DNA of 64,000 nucleotides. It comes from a bacterium (lineage in GTDB: Bacteria > UBA8248). Under the pieces are notes generated by a model, which saw nothing but the letters and a program-made list of their open reading frames with translations, did not search any database and was not told the origin of the DNA. This document shows, piece by piece, positions 1 through 10,548 of this stretch (position 1 is the first letter of the stretch; every line of letters begins with the position of its first letter). The DNA lies in contig CBDBEV010000001.1 of assembly GCA_965204535.1 (NCBI GenBank), positions 2,906,892 to 2,970,891 on the forward strand, given 5' to 3'. The translations under genes were made by a program, and so were the position numbers.

Positions 1-1
1 G

Positions 2-1189
2 GGTTTCGGGTTCATCGCCCTGGTTCTGGCGGCTCTTTTGATACTCGACCGTGAGCGCAGGCGCATACGGGCCGAGGACAGAATCATCTGGTCCCAGCAG
101 GTGTTCGAGAGCAACAGGCGGCTTCAGGCGCTGTTCGACGGCATCACGGACGCCATCGGCATTCTGGACAAGGATTTCCGCATACGGATGCTCAATCGCT
201 CGATGGGGAGGCTCTTCGGGCGCGATACGTCCGATTTGCTGGATCAGAAATGGGAGATATCGCCGCTCACCCCGGTGCCGGAGTCATTCGTCGAGCGCGC
301 CATCGTGGTCGACACGTTCGCGACCGGCGAGCCGGGTTTTTTCGAAAAGTCGATTTCATGGGAAGATGGACGCCGGATGGCTATGGAATACTATACCTAC
401 CCGATTCTCGACGCCTCGGGAGCGACGTTGCAGGTGATTTTGTATTTGAAGGACGTGACGGAGCGCAAGGCGCTCGAAAAAGAGGTTCTCCAAAGCGAGA
501 GGCTCTCGATCGTCGGCAAGATGAGCGAGCAGGTGGCGCATTCCATACGCAACCCTCTCTCGGCCATCAACCTGAGCGCGGAATTGCTCGGCGATGAGTT
601 GTCGCAATTCAAGGGGGCGGACACCTCCGAGGCGTGGGCGCTGCTCAAATCCGTGAGGGCGGAGGTGGCTATCCTCAGCCAGGTGACGGCCGATTATCTC
701 AAATTCGTGCGCATGCCCAGTCTGGAGAGAACGCCTATCAACTGCAACGAAATGATTGAGGATTTGCTGGACCTGCACGCGGAAGTGGCGGCGAGCAGAA
801 AAATCCAGGTCGAAAAGGAACTCGAAAGGGACATCCCCGAGGTCGTCCTGGATGAAACGCAAATGCGCGTCGCGATTCAGAACCTCATCTTGAACGGTTT
901 CGACGCAATGCCCGACGGCGGTCGCCTCCTGGTGAAAACGGAACTCGAAAACCGGCATCTCGCCATCCGCATATCGGACAGCGGGGAAGGCATCAGCCGC
1001 GAGGATCAGGCCTCGTTGTTCACGCCGTTTTTCACGACGAAGGCGAACGGAACCGGCCTCGGCCTCGTGTTGAGCCGGCAAATCATCACCGAGCACGACG
1101 GCGGCATCCACTTCGAGAGCAGGGAGGGGGCGGGCGCCACCTTCATCGTCGAACTCCCGCTCCCGGTTGCGCAGGAGGCGAAGGCATGA
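2..1189 (+). CDS. PAS-domain sensor histidine kinase (5' end outside the window)
   Basis: Frame is open from position 2 (hydrophobic GFIALVLAALL). PAS region, H-box AHSIRNPL, N-box NLILNG, DSGEG and FTTK..GTGLGL. Confidence 0.93.
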   Translation, partial: GFGFIALVLAALLILDRERRRIRAEDRIIWSQQVFESNRRLQALFDGITDAIGILDKDFRIRMLNRSMGRLFGRDTSDLLDQKWEISPLTPVPESFVERAIVVDTFATGEPGFFEKSISWEDGRRMAMEYYTYPILDASGATLQVILYLKDVTERKALEKEVLQSERLSIVGKMSEQVAHSIRNPLSAINLSAELLGDELSQFKGADTSEAWALLKSVRAEVAILSQVTADYLKFVRMPSLERTPINCNEMIEDLLDLHAEVAASRKIQVEKELERDIPEVVLDETQMRVAIQNLILNGFDAMPDGGRLLVKTELENRHLAIRISDSGEGISREDQASLFTPFFTTKANGTGLGLVLSRQIITEHDGGIHFESREGAGATFIVELPLPVAQEAKA

Positions 1190-2565
1190 GCGACCACGCC
1201 GGGGCGCGCGTGCTGGTGGTGGACGACAAGCGCGGCAGCCGCGAGGCCCTCCAGAAGATGATCACCAAAGAGGGGTTCGACGTCGCCATGGCGCACGACG
1301 CGGAAACCGCCGCAGAGATGTTCGGCGCGGAACCCGCCAATCTGGTGATCACCGATCTCAGAATGCCCGGAATGGACGGCATCGGCCTGCTCAAGGAGGT
1401 GAAGCGTCTCAGCCCGGATACGGAAGTGATCCTGATCTCCGGCGCCGGGAGCATCGAGTCGGCCGTCGAGGCGATGCGTGAGGGGGCGTATGATTTTCTC
1501 ACAAAGCCCCTGGAGCGCGTGGTTGTCCTCAAGGCGATAGACAAGGCGCTCGAAAAACAGGCCCTCCTGCGCGAGAACGCGGATTTGCGGGCGCAACTCC
1601 AGAGCCTGAGAGACACCTCGGGCATGATGGGGGACCACTCCTCGATTCGCCGGGTGAAGGACATGGTTCGCCAGGTCGCGCCCACCTCCGCCACGGTGCT
1701 TATACTGGGCGAAAGCGGCACGGGCAAGGAACTGGTGGCGAACGCCCTGCACGAGGGAAGCGAGCGGGCGGGCAAGGCGATGGTGAAGGTGAACTGCGCG
1801 GCACTTCCCGAGACGCTCCTCGAGAGCGAGTTGTTCGGCTACGAGCGCGGGGCGTTCACGGGCGCGGCGGGCCGGAAGGAGGGGCGCTTCAAGATCGCGC
1901 ACGAAGGCACGCTGTTTCTCGATGAAATCGGGGATATGCCCCTCGTTTTGCAGCCGAAGATTCTTCGGGTTTTACAGGAAGGGGAATTCGAGCGCGTCGG
2001 TGGGACGGAGACTTTGAAGGTGGACGCGCGTATCGTGGCCTCCACCAACGCGGACTTGCAAACCGCCGTGGCCGACAAGAGGTTTCGCGAGGATCTCTAT
2101 TATCGCCTGAACGTGATCACCATCCACATGCCGGCCCTGAGGGACAGGCGCAGCGATATTCCGCTGCTCGCCGAGCATTTCCTCCAGCGCTTCGCCGCGA
2201 AGAACAACCGGCCCGTCCTCGCGTTTTCGCGCGAGGCGCTCGATGCGATGTCGAACTACCATTGGCCGGGAAATGTGCGTGAACTCGAAAACATGGTGGA
2301 GCGCGCCGTGGTGCTGAGCCGCGGAGAGATTCTCTCGGTGGATGATTTGCCCGCGCAAATCGCCCGGGGCGAGCCCACGAATGGGGAGCAGTCCGTGGCG
2401 TCGGACTCGCCACTCATCAATCTCGAGGTCGGCACCCCGCTCGCGGAAGTCGAGCGGCGGGTCATTCTGGAGACTCTCCGGTATACGGGCGGCGACAAGA
2501 GCGCCGCCGCACGCCTCCTGGGAATCGCCACGCGCACCATATACCGGAAGCTGGACGGGAACTGA
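1186..2565 (+). CDS. Sigma-54-dependent response regulator (NtrC/AtoC/ZraR family)
   Basis: Receiver domain (VVDD, DLRMP), GESGTGKE, GAFTGA, FLDEIG, WPGNVREL, C-terminal Fis HTH. ATGA overlap with the kinase. Confidence 0.95.
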   Translation: MSDHAGARVLVVDDKRGSREALQKMITKEGFDVAMAHDAETAAEMFGAEPANLVITDLRMPGMDGIGLLKEVKRLSPDTEVILISGAGSIESAVEAMREGAYDFLTKPLERVVVLKAIDKALEKQALLRENADLRAQLQSLRDTSGMMGDHSSIRRVKDMVRQVAPTSATVLILGESGTGKELVANALHEGSERAGKAMVKVNCAALPETLLESELFGYERGAFTGAAGRKEGRFKIAHEGTLFLDEIGDMPLVLQPKILRVLQEGEFERVGGTETLKVDARIVASTNADLQTAVADKRFREDLYYRLNVITIHMPALRDRRSDIPLLAEHFLQRFAAKNNRPVLAFSREALDAMSNYHWPGNVRELENMVERAVVLSRGEILSVDDLPAQIARGEPTNGEQSVASDSPLINLEVGTPLAEVERRVILETLRYTGGDKSAAARLLGIATRTIYRKLDGN

Positions 2566-2638
2566 TCGCTCGCATGCCGCCCGCCCCATGAGCGGGTTGT
2601 GGTAAGGTGTGGCGCGGGAATTTTCCGGGAGTTTGCCG

Positions 2639-3292
2639 ATGCGGGGTCGTTTCATCACATTCGAGGGTGTGGAGGGTTGCGGCAAGTCGACCCAGATGGC
2701 GCGCCTGCGGGATTGGATGAAAGAAGTGGGCCTGCCTGTTCGCGCCACGCGCGAACCCGGCGGCACGAAGGTCGGCGAGGGGATTCGCGAGTTATTGCTC
2801 GCTCCACGCGATGAGGGCTTGGATGCCGCCACGGAGCTCCTGCTCTACGAGGCGGCGCGGGCGCAGCACGTGAGCGAGGTGATTCGGCCGGCCCTGGAGG
2901 CGGGCGTCCACGTTCTTTGCGACCGGTTCTTCGACTCCACGACGGCGTACCAGGCGTTCGGACGGGGGCTGGACGAGGAGATGGTGCGGGAGCTCAACCG
3001 GATGGCGAGCGGGGGGATTATCCCCGACCTCACGCTGTTGTTCTCCGTATCGATTGAGGAAGGTCTCGGTCGCGCGCGCGGCGGAAGCGCGGGCGACCGG
3101 CTCGAGGGCGAAAGTCTGGCGTTTCACCGCAGGGTGCAGGCGGGCTTCGACGCGCTGGCGAAGCGCGAGCCCGGGCGGTTCCGCACCCTGGGCGAGGGCG
3201 CGATTGAGCAGGTGCACGAAGAGGTGGTGCGCATCGTAAAGGAAAGATTCGAATGGGCTGGGAATCCATCCGCGGCCAGGACGCAGCCCTAG
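2639..3292 (+). CDS. tmk: Thymidylate (dTMP) kinase
   Basis: FITFEGVEGCGKST, TREPGG, CDRF..ST.AYQ. Precedes holB. Confidence 0.95.
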   Translation: MRGRFITFEGVEGCGKSTQMARLRDWMKEVGLPVRATREPGGTKVGEGIRELLLAPRDEGLDAATELLLYEAARAQHVSEVIRPALEAGVHVLCDRFFDSTTAYQAFGRGLDEEMVRELNRMASGGIIPDLTLLFSVSIEEGLGRARGGSAGDRLEGESLAFHRRVQAGFDALAKREPGRFRTLGEGAIEQVHEEVVRIVKERFEWAGNPSAARTQP

Positions 3293-4278
3293 ACCTGCTG
3301 CGAAGGGACTTATCCTCCGGCCAGGCGGCGGGCGCTTATCTGTTTTACGGCCCCGACGGGGTCGGCAAGGCGAGCGCTGCGCGCCTGTTCGCCCAGGCCC
3401 TCCAATGCACGGGCGATGCGCCGCCGTGCGGAAGCTGTGCGGCGTGCGAGAAGGTGCGCGCGAACGTACACCCCGACGTCGTCTCCATCGGCCCCGTCGC
3501 GGGGTCTCGCTCCATCAAGGCGGAGTCGGTCCGAGAGGAAGTGATCTGGCGCGCCCACCAGCGTCCCAACGAGGGGATGCGGCAGGTCTTCATCATCGAA
3601 GACGCCCATCTGCTGACGCGAGTGAGCCAGAACGTCCTGCTCAAGACGCTGGAGGAGCCTGGCGCAGACACGGTATTGATACTGGTGACGCCGAACCTCC
3701 ACACCCTGCTGCCGACGATCGTCTCGCGTTGCCGGAGGCTCAGGTTCCAGGCTCTGGCGCGGGCGGATATGGCCGCCATTCTGGAGGAGTGCCTCGGTGA
3801 CGACGACGCCGACGTGGACAAACTCGTCTCCCTCAGCATGGGAAGACTGGGCGTCGCGGTGTCTTCCGACGTCGAGGCCCTCTCCGAGCGCAGGGAGGAG
3901 GCGATGAGGTTCCTGGAGGAGTTGAGCGCGCCGGCGGGCCGGGCGGACGAGGTGACCCTCATCACGCTCGCCTCCGAGCGGGCGGGCAGCGGGGCAACTG
4001 GCAGAAATGAAACAATTCTCTTTTTGGAAATGCTTCGGGGGCTGCTTCGCGATATACTCATCACCCAGGAAGCGCCCGAGGCGATAGATTTGTGGCACAC
4101 GGACATTCGGGCGGCGTTGGCCGCCATGGGAGAGCGCTGGGGGAGCGCAGGCTTGACCCGTGCCCTCGAGAGGGTGGGAGAGGCCATGCGCGACGTGGAC
4201 GGCGGGAACACCAACCCGTCCCTGACGCTCGAGACTTTGGTATATTCCCTGCGGGAGACGGTCCCCGCCGGGGTTTGA
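3253..4278 (+). CDS. holB: DNA polymerase III subunit delta'
   Basis: AYLFYGPDGVGK, C..CG.C..C zinc motif, HPD, NVLLKTLEEP, TIVSRC. Confidence 0.93.
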   Translation: MGWESIRGQDAALDLLRRDLSSGQAAGAYLFYGPDGVGKASAARLFAQALQCTGDAPPCGSCAACEKVRANVHPDVVSIGPVAGSRSIKAESVREEVIWRAHQRPNEGMRQVFIIEDAHLLTRVSQNVLLKTLEEPGADTVLILVTPNLHTLLPTIVSRCRRLRFQALARADMAAILEECLGDDDADVDKLVSLSMGRLGVAVSSDVEALSERREEAMRFLEELSAPAGRADEVTLITLASERAGSGATGRNETILFLEMLRGLLRDILITQEAPEAIDLWHTDIRAALAAMGERWGSAGLTRALERVGEAMRDVDGGNTNPSLTLETLVYSLRETVPAGV

Positions 4279-4287
4279 GGTGAACGA

Positions 4288-5226
4288 ATGAGTGAAACAA
4301 CCAATGGCGGCGCGGCCCTCGAGGCGCCGCCCGAGCCGCGCAAGATCGGCGTGGTCGGGGTCAAGACGCGCTTCGGCGCACGGCCGCTTCATCACACCTA
4401 CGGGGAACTCAGGCTTCGGGTCGGCATGAAGGTGATGGTCAAGACCAGGGACGGGGATACGGAGTTCGGCGAGATATCCGAAAACCCCCGGGTCATGGAT
4501 TCGCGCTATTTTCCCGATCCGCTGCCCGAGGTGTTGCGGTTGGCCACCGAAGATGACGATAAAAAGGTGGCCCGCAACGAGGCGAATGAGAAGAGCGCCT
4601 ATGATTTTTGCCGCATGAAGATATCCGAGCTCAAACTCCCCATGCGCCTCATCGAGGTTCGCTACATTCACTCGAACAAGAAGGCGACGTTTTATTTCTC
4701 CTCCGACGGCCGCGTGGATTTCCGCAAGCTGGTGCGGGTGCTCGCCGAGCGCCTCTCGGTTCGCGTGGAGATGCGCCAGATCGGAGTGCGCGACGAGGCG
4801 GGCATGAAGGGCGGCTGCGGGGATTGCGGGCGCACCTATTGCTGCAGTTCCTTTCTCAAGTCGTTCGACCCCATTTCGGTCCGCATGGCGAAGGATCAGA
4901 ACCTGAGCTTGAACCCCGTAAAACTCTCCGGCGGCTGCGGGCGGCTCAAGTGCTGCCTGCGCTTCGAACATTCCCACTACGTGTCGGTGAAGAAGCGATT
5001 ACCCGCCTGCAAGAAGAAAGTCGGCGGCTGCGACTGCGGCGCGACCGTCGTGCGCCAGGACCTGCTCAAGGAAGAGGTGACTCTCGCTCTCGAGACGGGA
5101 GACTTCATGACGGTTCGCGCGGAGGACTTGATGCGCTTGCCCACAGGCCAGTTTTCTCTTAAAACCGGCGTCCAGAACGATACATCCCTCAACGTCTTGC
5201 CCAGGGAAAACGGCCCGAAACGATGA
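4288..5226 (+). CDS. ricT: PSP1-domain protein (RicT/YaaT family)
   Basis: RVDFRKLV, EMRQIGVRDE, CG..YCC, MAKDQNLSLNP.KLSG.CGRLKCCLRFE. Conserved position between holB and metG. Confidence 0.9.
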   Translation: MSETTNGGAALEAPPEPRKIGVVGVKTRFGARPLHHTYGELRLRVGMKVMVKTRDGDTEFGEISENPRVMDSRYFPDPLPEVLRLATEDDDKKVARNEANEKSAYDFCRMKISELKLPMRLIEVRYIHSNKKATFYFSSDGRVDFRKLVRVLAERLSVRVEMRQIGVRDEAGMKGGCGDCGRTYCCSSFLKSFDPISVRMAKDQNLSLNPVKLSGGCGRLKCCLRFEHSHYVSVKKRLPACKKKVGGCDCGATVVRQDLLKEEVTLALETGDFMTVRAEDLMRLPTGQFSLKTGVQNDTSLNVLPRENGPKR

Positions 5227-7172
5227 GCAAAAAACCGTTTTACGTCACCACGCCGATATATTACGTCAACGACAAGCCGCACCTCGGCCATGCCTACACG
5301 ACGGTGGCCTGCGACGCCAAGGCGCGCTTCCACAGGCTCCGGGGCGAGCCGACGCAGTTTCTCACCGGAACCGACGAGCACGGCCAGAAACTCGAGCGCG
5401 CGGCCCGAGAGGCCGGCATGGACCCCCTCGCGTTCTGCGACATGAACAGCGCGAAATTCCGCGAGCTCTGGGAGAAGCTCGATATCTCCTACGACGATTA
5501 CATCCGCACGACCGAGGAGCGCCACGTCCGCGGGGTGCAGGAGCTTTGGCGGCGCGTGGAGGCCGCGGGCGACATCTACCTGGGCGCCTACGCGGGCTGG
5601 TACGCCGTTCGCGACGAAGCGTTCTACACCGAGAGCGAACTCACCGAAGGCCCCGACGGCGTGAAACTCGCGCCCACGGGGGCCGAGGTCGAATGGGTGG
5701 AGGAGCCGAGTTATTTCTTCCGCCTGAGCAAGTACGCCGAGCCGCTTCTTGCGCATTATGAGAAAAATCCCCAATTCGTTCAGCCCGAGAGCCGCAGGAA
5801 CGAGGTGATGAGCTTCGTGCGGGGGGGACTCAAGGACCTGTCGCTCTCGCGTACGAGCTTTCAGTGGGGCATCCCCGTGCCGGGGGACGAGAAACACGTG
5901 ATCTACGTGTGGTTCGACGCGCTGAGCAACTACCTGACCGCTCCGGGCTTCGATGAGAGCGGGATGCACGAGGGAAGCTCCTGGCCGACGGACCAGCACT
6001 TCATCGGCAAGGACATCCTGAGGTTCCACGCGGTCTACTGGCCCGCCTTTCTGCTCTCCGCCGGTGTCCCCCTGCCGGGCCAGGTCTTCAGTCACGGGTG
6101 GTGGACGGTCGAGGGCCAGAAGATGTCCAAGAGCCTGGGCAACGCGGTCGACCCGCACTGGCTCATCGAGGAATACGGCGTCGACGCCATCCGTTACTTC
6201 CTGCTCAAGGAAATCCCCTTCGGGCTGGATGGGGATTTCTCCCACAGCGCGCTGATCGACCGCATCAACAGCGATCTGGCGAACGATCTGGGCAACCTGC
6301 TCTACCGCACGCTGAACATGGTGAAGCGCTACCGGGATGGCCGCCTCGAGCGCTCCGCGGCGGGCGATACCGAGGCGGAGAACGCGTTCTGTGAATTCGT
6401 CGCCGATGCGGCCGGGAAATACGAGAGCGGCATGGCGGCGACCCACTTCCAGAACGGTCTGAGAGCCGCCTGGGAGGTGATTTCCTGCGCGAATAAATAC
6501 ATCGACGCGAACGCTCCCTGGACGCTCGCGAAAGAGGGTGAGGAGGCCCGCCTGTGCTCGGTGCTCTGGCACGCCGTGGCGTCGATGCGCGTCGTCGCGG
6601 CCATGATATCGCCCGTCATGCCCGCCTCGGCGCAGAAGATAGCGGTGCAAATCGGCCTGGCCGAAGACTGGGCGAGTGCGCCTTATTCGGAATTGATGGA
6701 CATGCGGAGGCTGCCGGAGGAGTTGGTGACCAACATCGGCGCTCCCCTTTTCCCGCGCATCGAGGATGAGGCGAAAGAAGCCATACAGGAGAAGGTGGCC
6801 CGGCGCATCGCGGGCGGCGACGAGGCAGCGCCCGGAGAGGATGCGACAGAACGGATATCTTTCGAGGAATTTCAAAAGATGGATTTGCGCGTCGCCGAGG
6901 TGCTCGAGGCCGAGCGGATACCCAAGTCGAAAAACCTGCTGAAGCTCACCGTCTCTCTCGGCGAGGAACCCCGGACCGTCGTGGCGGGCATTGCGAAACA
7001 CTACGCGCCCGAGGATTTGCCGGGCCGCAAGGTGATTCTGGTGGCCAACCTCGAACCCGCCAGGCTGATGGGCGTGGAATCCCAGGGCATGGTTCTCGCC
7101 GCCGAGGACGGGAAGAATCTCCTGCTCGCAGGCGTGGACGAGACGGCAACGCCGGGCGCGCCGATCCGGTAG
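5223..7172 (+). CDS. metG: Methionine--tRNA ligase with C-terminal tRNA-binding domain
   Basis: YYVNDKPHLGH, TGTDEHG, YVWFDAL, GKDI.RFH, KMSKS, C-terminal OB fold (SQGMVLAA). Confidence 0.97.
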   Translation: MSKKPFYVTTPIYYVNDKPHLGHAYTTVACDAKARFHRLRGEPTQFLTGTDEHGQKLERAAREAGMDPLAFCDMNSAKFRELWEKLDISYDDYIRTTEERHVRGVQELWRRVEAAGDIYLGAYAGWYAVRDEAFYTESELTEGPDGVKLAPTGAEVEWVEEPSYFFRLSKYAEPLLAHYEKNPQFVQPESRRNEVMSFVRGGLKDLSLSRTSFQWGIPVPGDEKHVIYVWFDALSNYLTAPGFDESGMHEGSSWPTDQHFIGKDILRFHAVYWPAFLLSAGVPLPGQVFSHGWWTVEGQKMSKSLGNAVDPHWLIEEYGVDAIRYFLLKEIPFGLDGDFSHSALIDRINSDLANDLGNLLYRTLNMVKRYRDGRLERSAAGDTEAENAFCEFVADAAGKYESGMAATHFQNGLRAAWEVISCANKYIDANAPWTLAKEGEEARLCSVLWHAVASMRVVAAMISPVMPASAQKIAVQIGLAEDWASAPYSELMDMRRLPEELVTNIGAPLFPRIEDEAKEAIQEKVARRIAGGDEAAPGEDATERISFEEFQKMDLRVAEVLEAERIPKSKNLLKLTVSLGEEPRTVVAGIAKHYAPEDLPGRKVILVANLEPARLMGVESQGMVLAAEDGKNLLLAGVDETATPGAPIR

Positions 7173-7210
7173 AGACGAGAAGCCCCGCCCGGGAGATTGG
7201 AGTTTGTGGA

Positions 7211-8941
7211 GTGAACGAATCTATGGAATCCGGGCCGGATTCATCCGGCGATAAGGACTCATTCGCGGGTAAGGACAGAAAGGGACGCTCCCAGCGCCGC
7301 AGAAGAAGACGCGGCCGAAGGGGCGGAAAACGTCCGGAACACAAAGAACGTCAGAATACATCCGGGGCGACCGAACCCGCCGCGCACGCGCAAAACGGAG
7401 AGAAAACCGCCCAGCGCGCTGAAAACGGTGGTGCGCGCGATAGCGATTCCCGGCGCGGGCGAGGCGGACGCAGGACTAAGAACCGCTGGCGGCACGAGCG
7501 GAGGAAAAAAGCCCGGCCCCAGGTCATCATCGCCGACTTGCCGGATACGAACGGGCTGCCCGTGCTGGTCGATACCCATGCGCATCTCATCGACAAGGCG
7601 TTCGATCCGGACCGCCAGGGGGCGGTGGAGCGCGCCATCGAGGAGGGGGTGCACTACATCATCTCGATGGGCACCTGCCTGGAATCGAGCCGCCGGACCG
7701 TCGACCTCGCGGCTTCCTACGCGGGCGTCTACGCGGCGGTCGGCGTGCATCCGAGCGACGTGAGCGGCGTGAACGAGAGAACCATCAAGGATATCGCCAA
7801 ACTCACGGCAGAGCCCAAGGTGGTGGCCGTCGGCGAGATAGGCCTGGACTACTACCGGGAGGGCGCCCCGCGCAAGGCCCAGCGCAGGTGGTTCCGGGAG
7901 CAAATCAGGGTGGCCGTCGATGTGGGCAAGCCCATCATCGTCCATTGCCGCGACTCTGCGGATGACATCTATGAGATTCTGGAGGAAGAGAGGGCGTGGC
8001 GCGCGGGCGGCGTCATCCACTGCTTCACGGGCGATGACGAGCAGGCCCGAAAATTCCTGGACATCGATTTTCACCTGGGTGCGGGCGGGGCCATCACGTT
8101 CTCGCGCTCGGAAGGGTTGAGGGAAGTCTTCGAGCGGGTTCCTGTAGAGCGCGTTCTGCTCGAGACGGACAGCCCCTATCTCGCTCCCCCGCCGCACCGG
8201 GGCAAGCGAAACGAGCCGGCCTACGTCGCGCGCGTGGCGGAGACCCTGGCCGAACTCCACGGGATGACGACGGAGGCGGTGACGCGCCTCACGACGGAGA
8301 ACGTGCGCCGCCTGTTCGGGGTAGGGCCGGAGCCTGACGGGGGAAGCGTCGCCTACTCGGTCGGGGAGACGCTCTACCTCAACGTCACGAACGATTGCCA
8401 GAATTCGTGCTTTTTCTGCGGGCTTCTGAGTGATTGCGTCTACAAGGGACACAATCTGAAACTCGCGCAGGAACCCGACGCGGCGGAGGTGCTCGCCGCC
8501 GCCGGCGACCCGTCGCGCTTCACCGAAGTCGTATTCAGCGGATTCGGCGAGCCGACGCTCAGGCTCGACGTGGTGAAAGAGGTGGCCGGCGAGCTCAAGC
8601 GCCGCGGCGCCCGGCGGATCCGCCTGGTGACGAACGGGCTCGCCAACAAGACGCACGAGAGAAACATTCTGCCCGAACTCCGCGGCCTCGTGGACGCGGT
8701 ATCCATCAGCATGCAGGCGGAAAGCCCCGAAGCCTACGCGAAAATCTGCAAGACCAAGGGCGTGGAAGAACCTTATCCCTCGGTCAAGGAGTTCGTGAGG
8801 TGGTCCAAGAACTACATCCCCGAGGTGGAGGTGACGGCCGTCAAGATGAGCGGCCTCATCGACATCGAAGCGTGCGAGAAGGTGGCGACAGAAGAGCTGG
8901 GCGTGCCCTTCCGCGCGCATGAATATGTGAGGATGGATTAG
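7211..8941 (+). CDS. tatD: TatD nuclease fused to a TatD-associated radical SAM domain, with Arg-rich N-terminal extension (start uncertain)
   Basis: DTHAH, GVHP, GEIGLDY, HCR, HCF, ETDSPYL; then CQNSCFFC (CxxxCxxC), FSGFGEP, TNG. Confidence 0.9.
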   Translation: MNESMESGPDSSGDKDSFAGKDRKGRSQRRRRRRGRRGGKRPEHKERQNTSGATEPAAHAQNGEKTAQRAENGGARDSDSRRGRGGRRTKNRWRHERRKKARPQVIIADLPDTNGLPVLVDTHAHLIDKAFDPDRQGAVERAIEEGVHYIISMGTCLESSRRTVDLAASYAGVYAAVGVHPSDVSGVNERTIKDIAKLTAEPKVVAVGEIGLDYYREGAPRKAQRRWFREQIRVAVDVGKPIIVHCRDSADDIYEILEEERAWRAGGVIHCFTGDDEQARKFLDIDFHLGAGGAITFSRSEGLREVFERVPVERVLLETDSPYLAPPPHRGKRNEPAYVARVAETLAELHGMTTEAVTRLTTENVRRLFGVGPEPDGGSVAYSVGETLYLNVTNDCQNSCFFCGLLSDCVYKGHNLKLAQEPDAAEVLAAAGDPSRFTEVVFSGFGEPTLRLDVVKEVAGELKRRGARRIRLVTNGLANKTHERNILPELRGLVDAVSISMQAESPEAYAKICKTKGVEEPYPSVKEFVRWSKNYIPEVEVTAVKMSGLIDIEACEKVATEELGVPFRAHEYVRMD

Positions 8942-8967
8942 GGCAATCGCGACCGAGGAGAGAGATT

Positions 8968-9037
8968 GTAGGGGTCGCATAAATGCGACCCGTGTCACGT
9001 CGGTGAAAAATGAGGGACGCATATATGCGTCCCCTAC
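8968..9037. repeat. Pair of GTAG-type REP-like palindromes
   Basis: gtaggggtcgcataaatgcgaccc and gggacgcatatatgcgtcccctac; a related copy lies near 34522. Confidence 0.75.
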
Positions 9038-9208
9038 ACTTGCGTCGACGTGAGCGACGTCTGGATATGTAACCACGCCCCTGGGAGCCAGCAGGTACAA
9101 CCCCGCCCCGTTGCGCTAGAATGCCCCCATGAATAACCGACGTTCCCCGGCAAAATTCACAATTCCTTTTGGGCGAAATCTGTTCGTGTTCCCCCGGGCC
9201 AACCCTCG

Positions 9209-10141
9209 ATGAGCAAGCCCTTCTACATCCTCTCGCTCGACGGCGGGGGATCGCTCGGGGTCTACACCCTGGGCGTTCTGGCGGAAACCGAGCGCATGTT
9301 GGGACGCCCATTGCATGAAGTGTTCAATCTTGTCTACGGCGTCAGCACGGGTTCGATCATCGCCACGATGATTGCGCTGGGCGATGCGGTCGAGCCGACG
9401 ATTGCGAACCGCTATTTCGAACTCGCGCCCGACGTGCTGGGGCCCCTGCTCGCGCGCTCCAAAACGAACGCGCTGCAAAGGCACTCGCAAGCGATATACG
9501 GCGAGAGGACTTTCGAGGATTTCAAGATGGACTTAGGCATCCTCGTCACCCACGCGGATCATGACCGCCCCATGGTATTCAAGCGCACCATCGGCCCATC
9601 GCACGGCGATCTCGATAGTTTCTTGTCGGGCGAGGGCATGAAGATATCGGACGCGATACTGGCGTCTTGCGCCGCGCATCCGTTCCTGAAGCAAAAACGC
9701 ATCGCCGCGCCCAAAATCGAGGAACGCACGGCGCTCGACGGCGGGTTCACGGCGAACAACCCGGCCCTTTTCGCCATCGCGGACGCCACCGGGCCGCTCG
9801 GAATCCCCCCCGAGGATATCCGGATATTAAGCGTCGGGACGGGCAGTTATCCCGAATCGAGACGCTGGACGCGGCGGATCATCGCAGGGATCAGGCCGCT
9901 CAAGACCTACATGACGCTATCGAGGACGAGTTCGAACACCGTCGATACGCTGCGCGGGATGTTCTTCCCGGACGTCCGTACCCTGCGCATCAACGACTCC
10001 TTCACCGACCGCGCCTATGAGACGGACTTCATGGAGCACGACCCGCGCAAGCTCCGGGCCATATTCGGGCTCGGGCGCAAGTCTTTCGAGAAAGCGGAGG
10101 CCGAGGTGCGGGAGTTTTTTGGGGACGTGCGCTCTGAGTAG
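9209..10141 (+). CDS. Patatin-like phospholipase
   Basis: LSLDGGG, GVSTG (GxSxG), DGG, SVGTG. Confidence 0.88.
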   Translation: MSKPFYILSLDGGGSLGVYTLGVLAETERMLGRPLHEVFNLVYGVSTGSIIATMIALGDAVEPTIANRYFELAPDVLGPLLARSKTNALQRHSQAIYGERTFEDFKMDLGILVTHADHDRPMVFKRTIGPSHGDLDSFLSGEGMKISDAILASCAAHPFLKQKRIAAPKIEERTALDGGFTANNPALFAIADATGPLGIPPEDIRILSVGTGSYPESRRWTRRIIAGIRPLKTYMTLSRTSSNTVDTLRGMFFPDVRTLRINDSFTDRAYETDFMEHDPRKLRAIFGLGRKSFEKAEAEVREFFGDVRSE

Positions 10142-10158
10142 TGTGAGGTTTTGGTTTT

Positions 10159-10496
10159 GTAGGGGTCAGACATATATGTCTGACTACGTGTCCTCCCTTT
10201 TTGTTTACCGTCCTGATCGCATTGTATCTATTGTGGCAGGCACACAGGTCCGCCCCTGCTGCCACAAAGACATTGCCGTCATTCCGGCGAATGCCGGAAT
10301 CCAGGGGTTTTGTCTTTTGTCTTTCTTTTTTTCTCGTCGCTCTATGGATGCGAGGTAATAGAACGCCGCGTATTTTCAACCTACCCGGTTCTGGATTCCG
10401 GCATTCGCCGGAATGACGGTGTATTGTATCCGTGGGTCATTTCTACCGAAAAAGGGCAGGATCGCTTTATTGGGACAGGTCGCGACCTGTCCCTAC
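10159..10496. repeat. REP-like mosaic: GTAG palindromes and a perfect 29-bp inverted pair
   Basis: ccgtcattccggcgaatgccggaatccag (10276-10304) is the exact reverse complement of 10391-10419. Also gtaggggtcagacatatatgtctgac and gggacaggtcgcgacctgtccctac. Confidence 0.8.
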
Positions 10497-10548
10497 GGTC
10501 TACGGGCCCCCTTCCATCCGGCCCCGTTTGGGGTAGAATACCCCCGCT

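Noticed and set aside
9209-10141. CBASS (CapV-like effector)
   Set aside because: No CD-NTase or cap genes nearby; treated as a stand-alone patatin.
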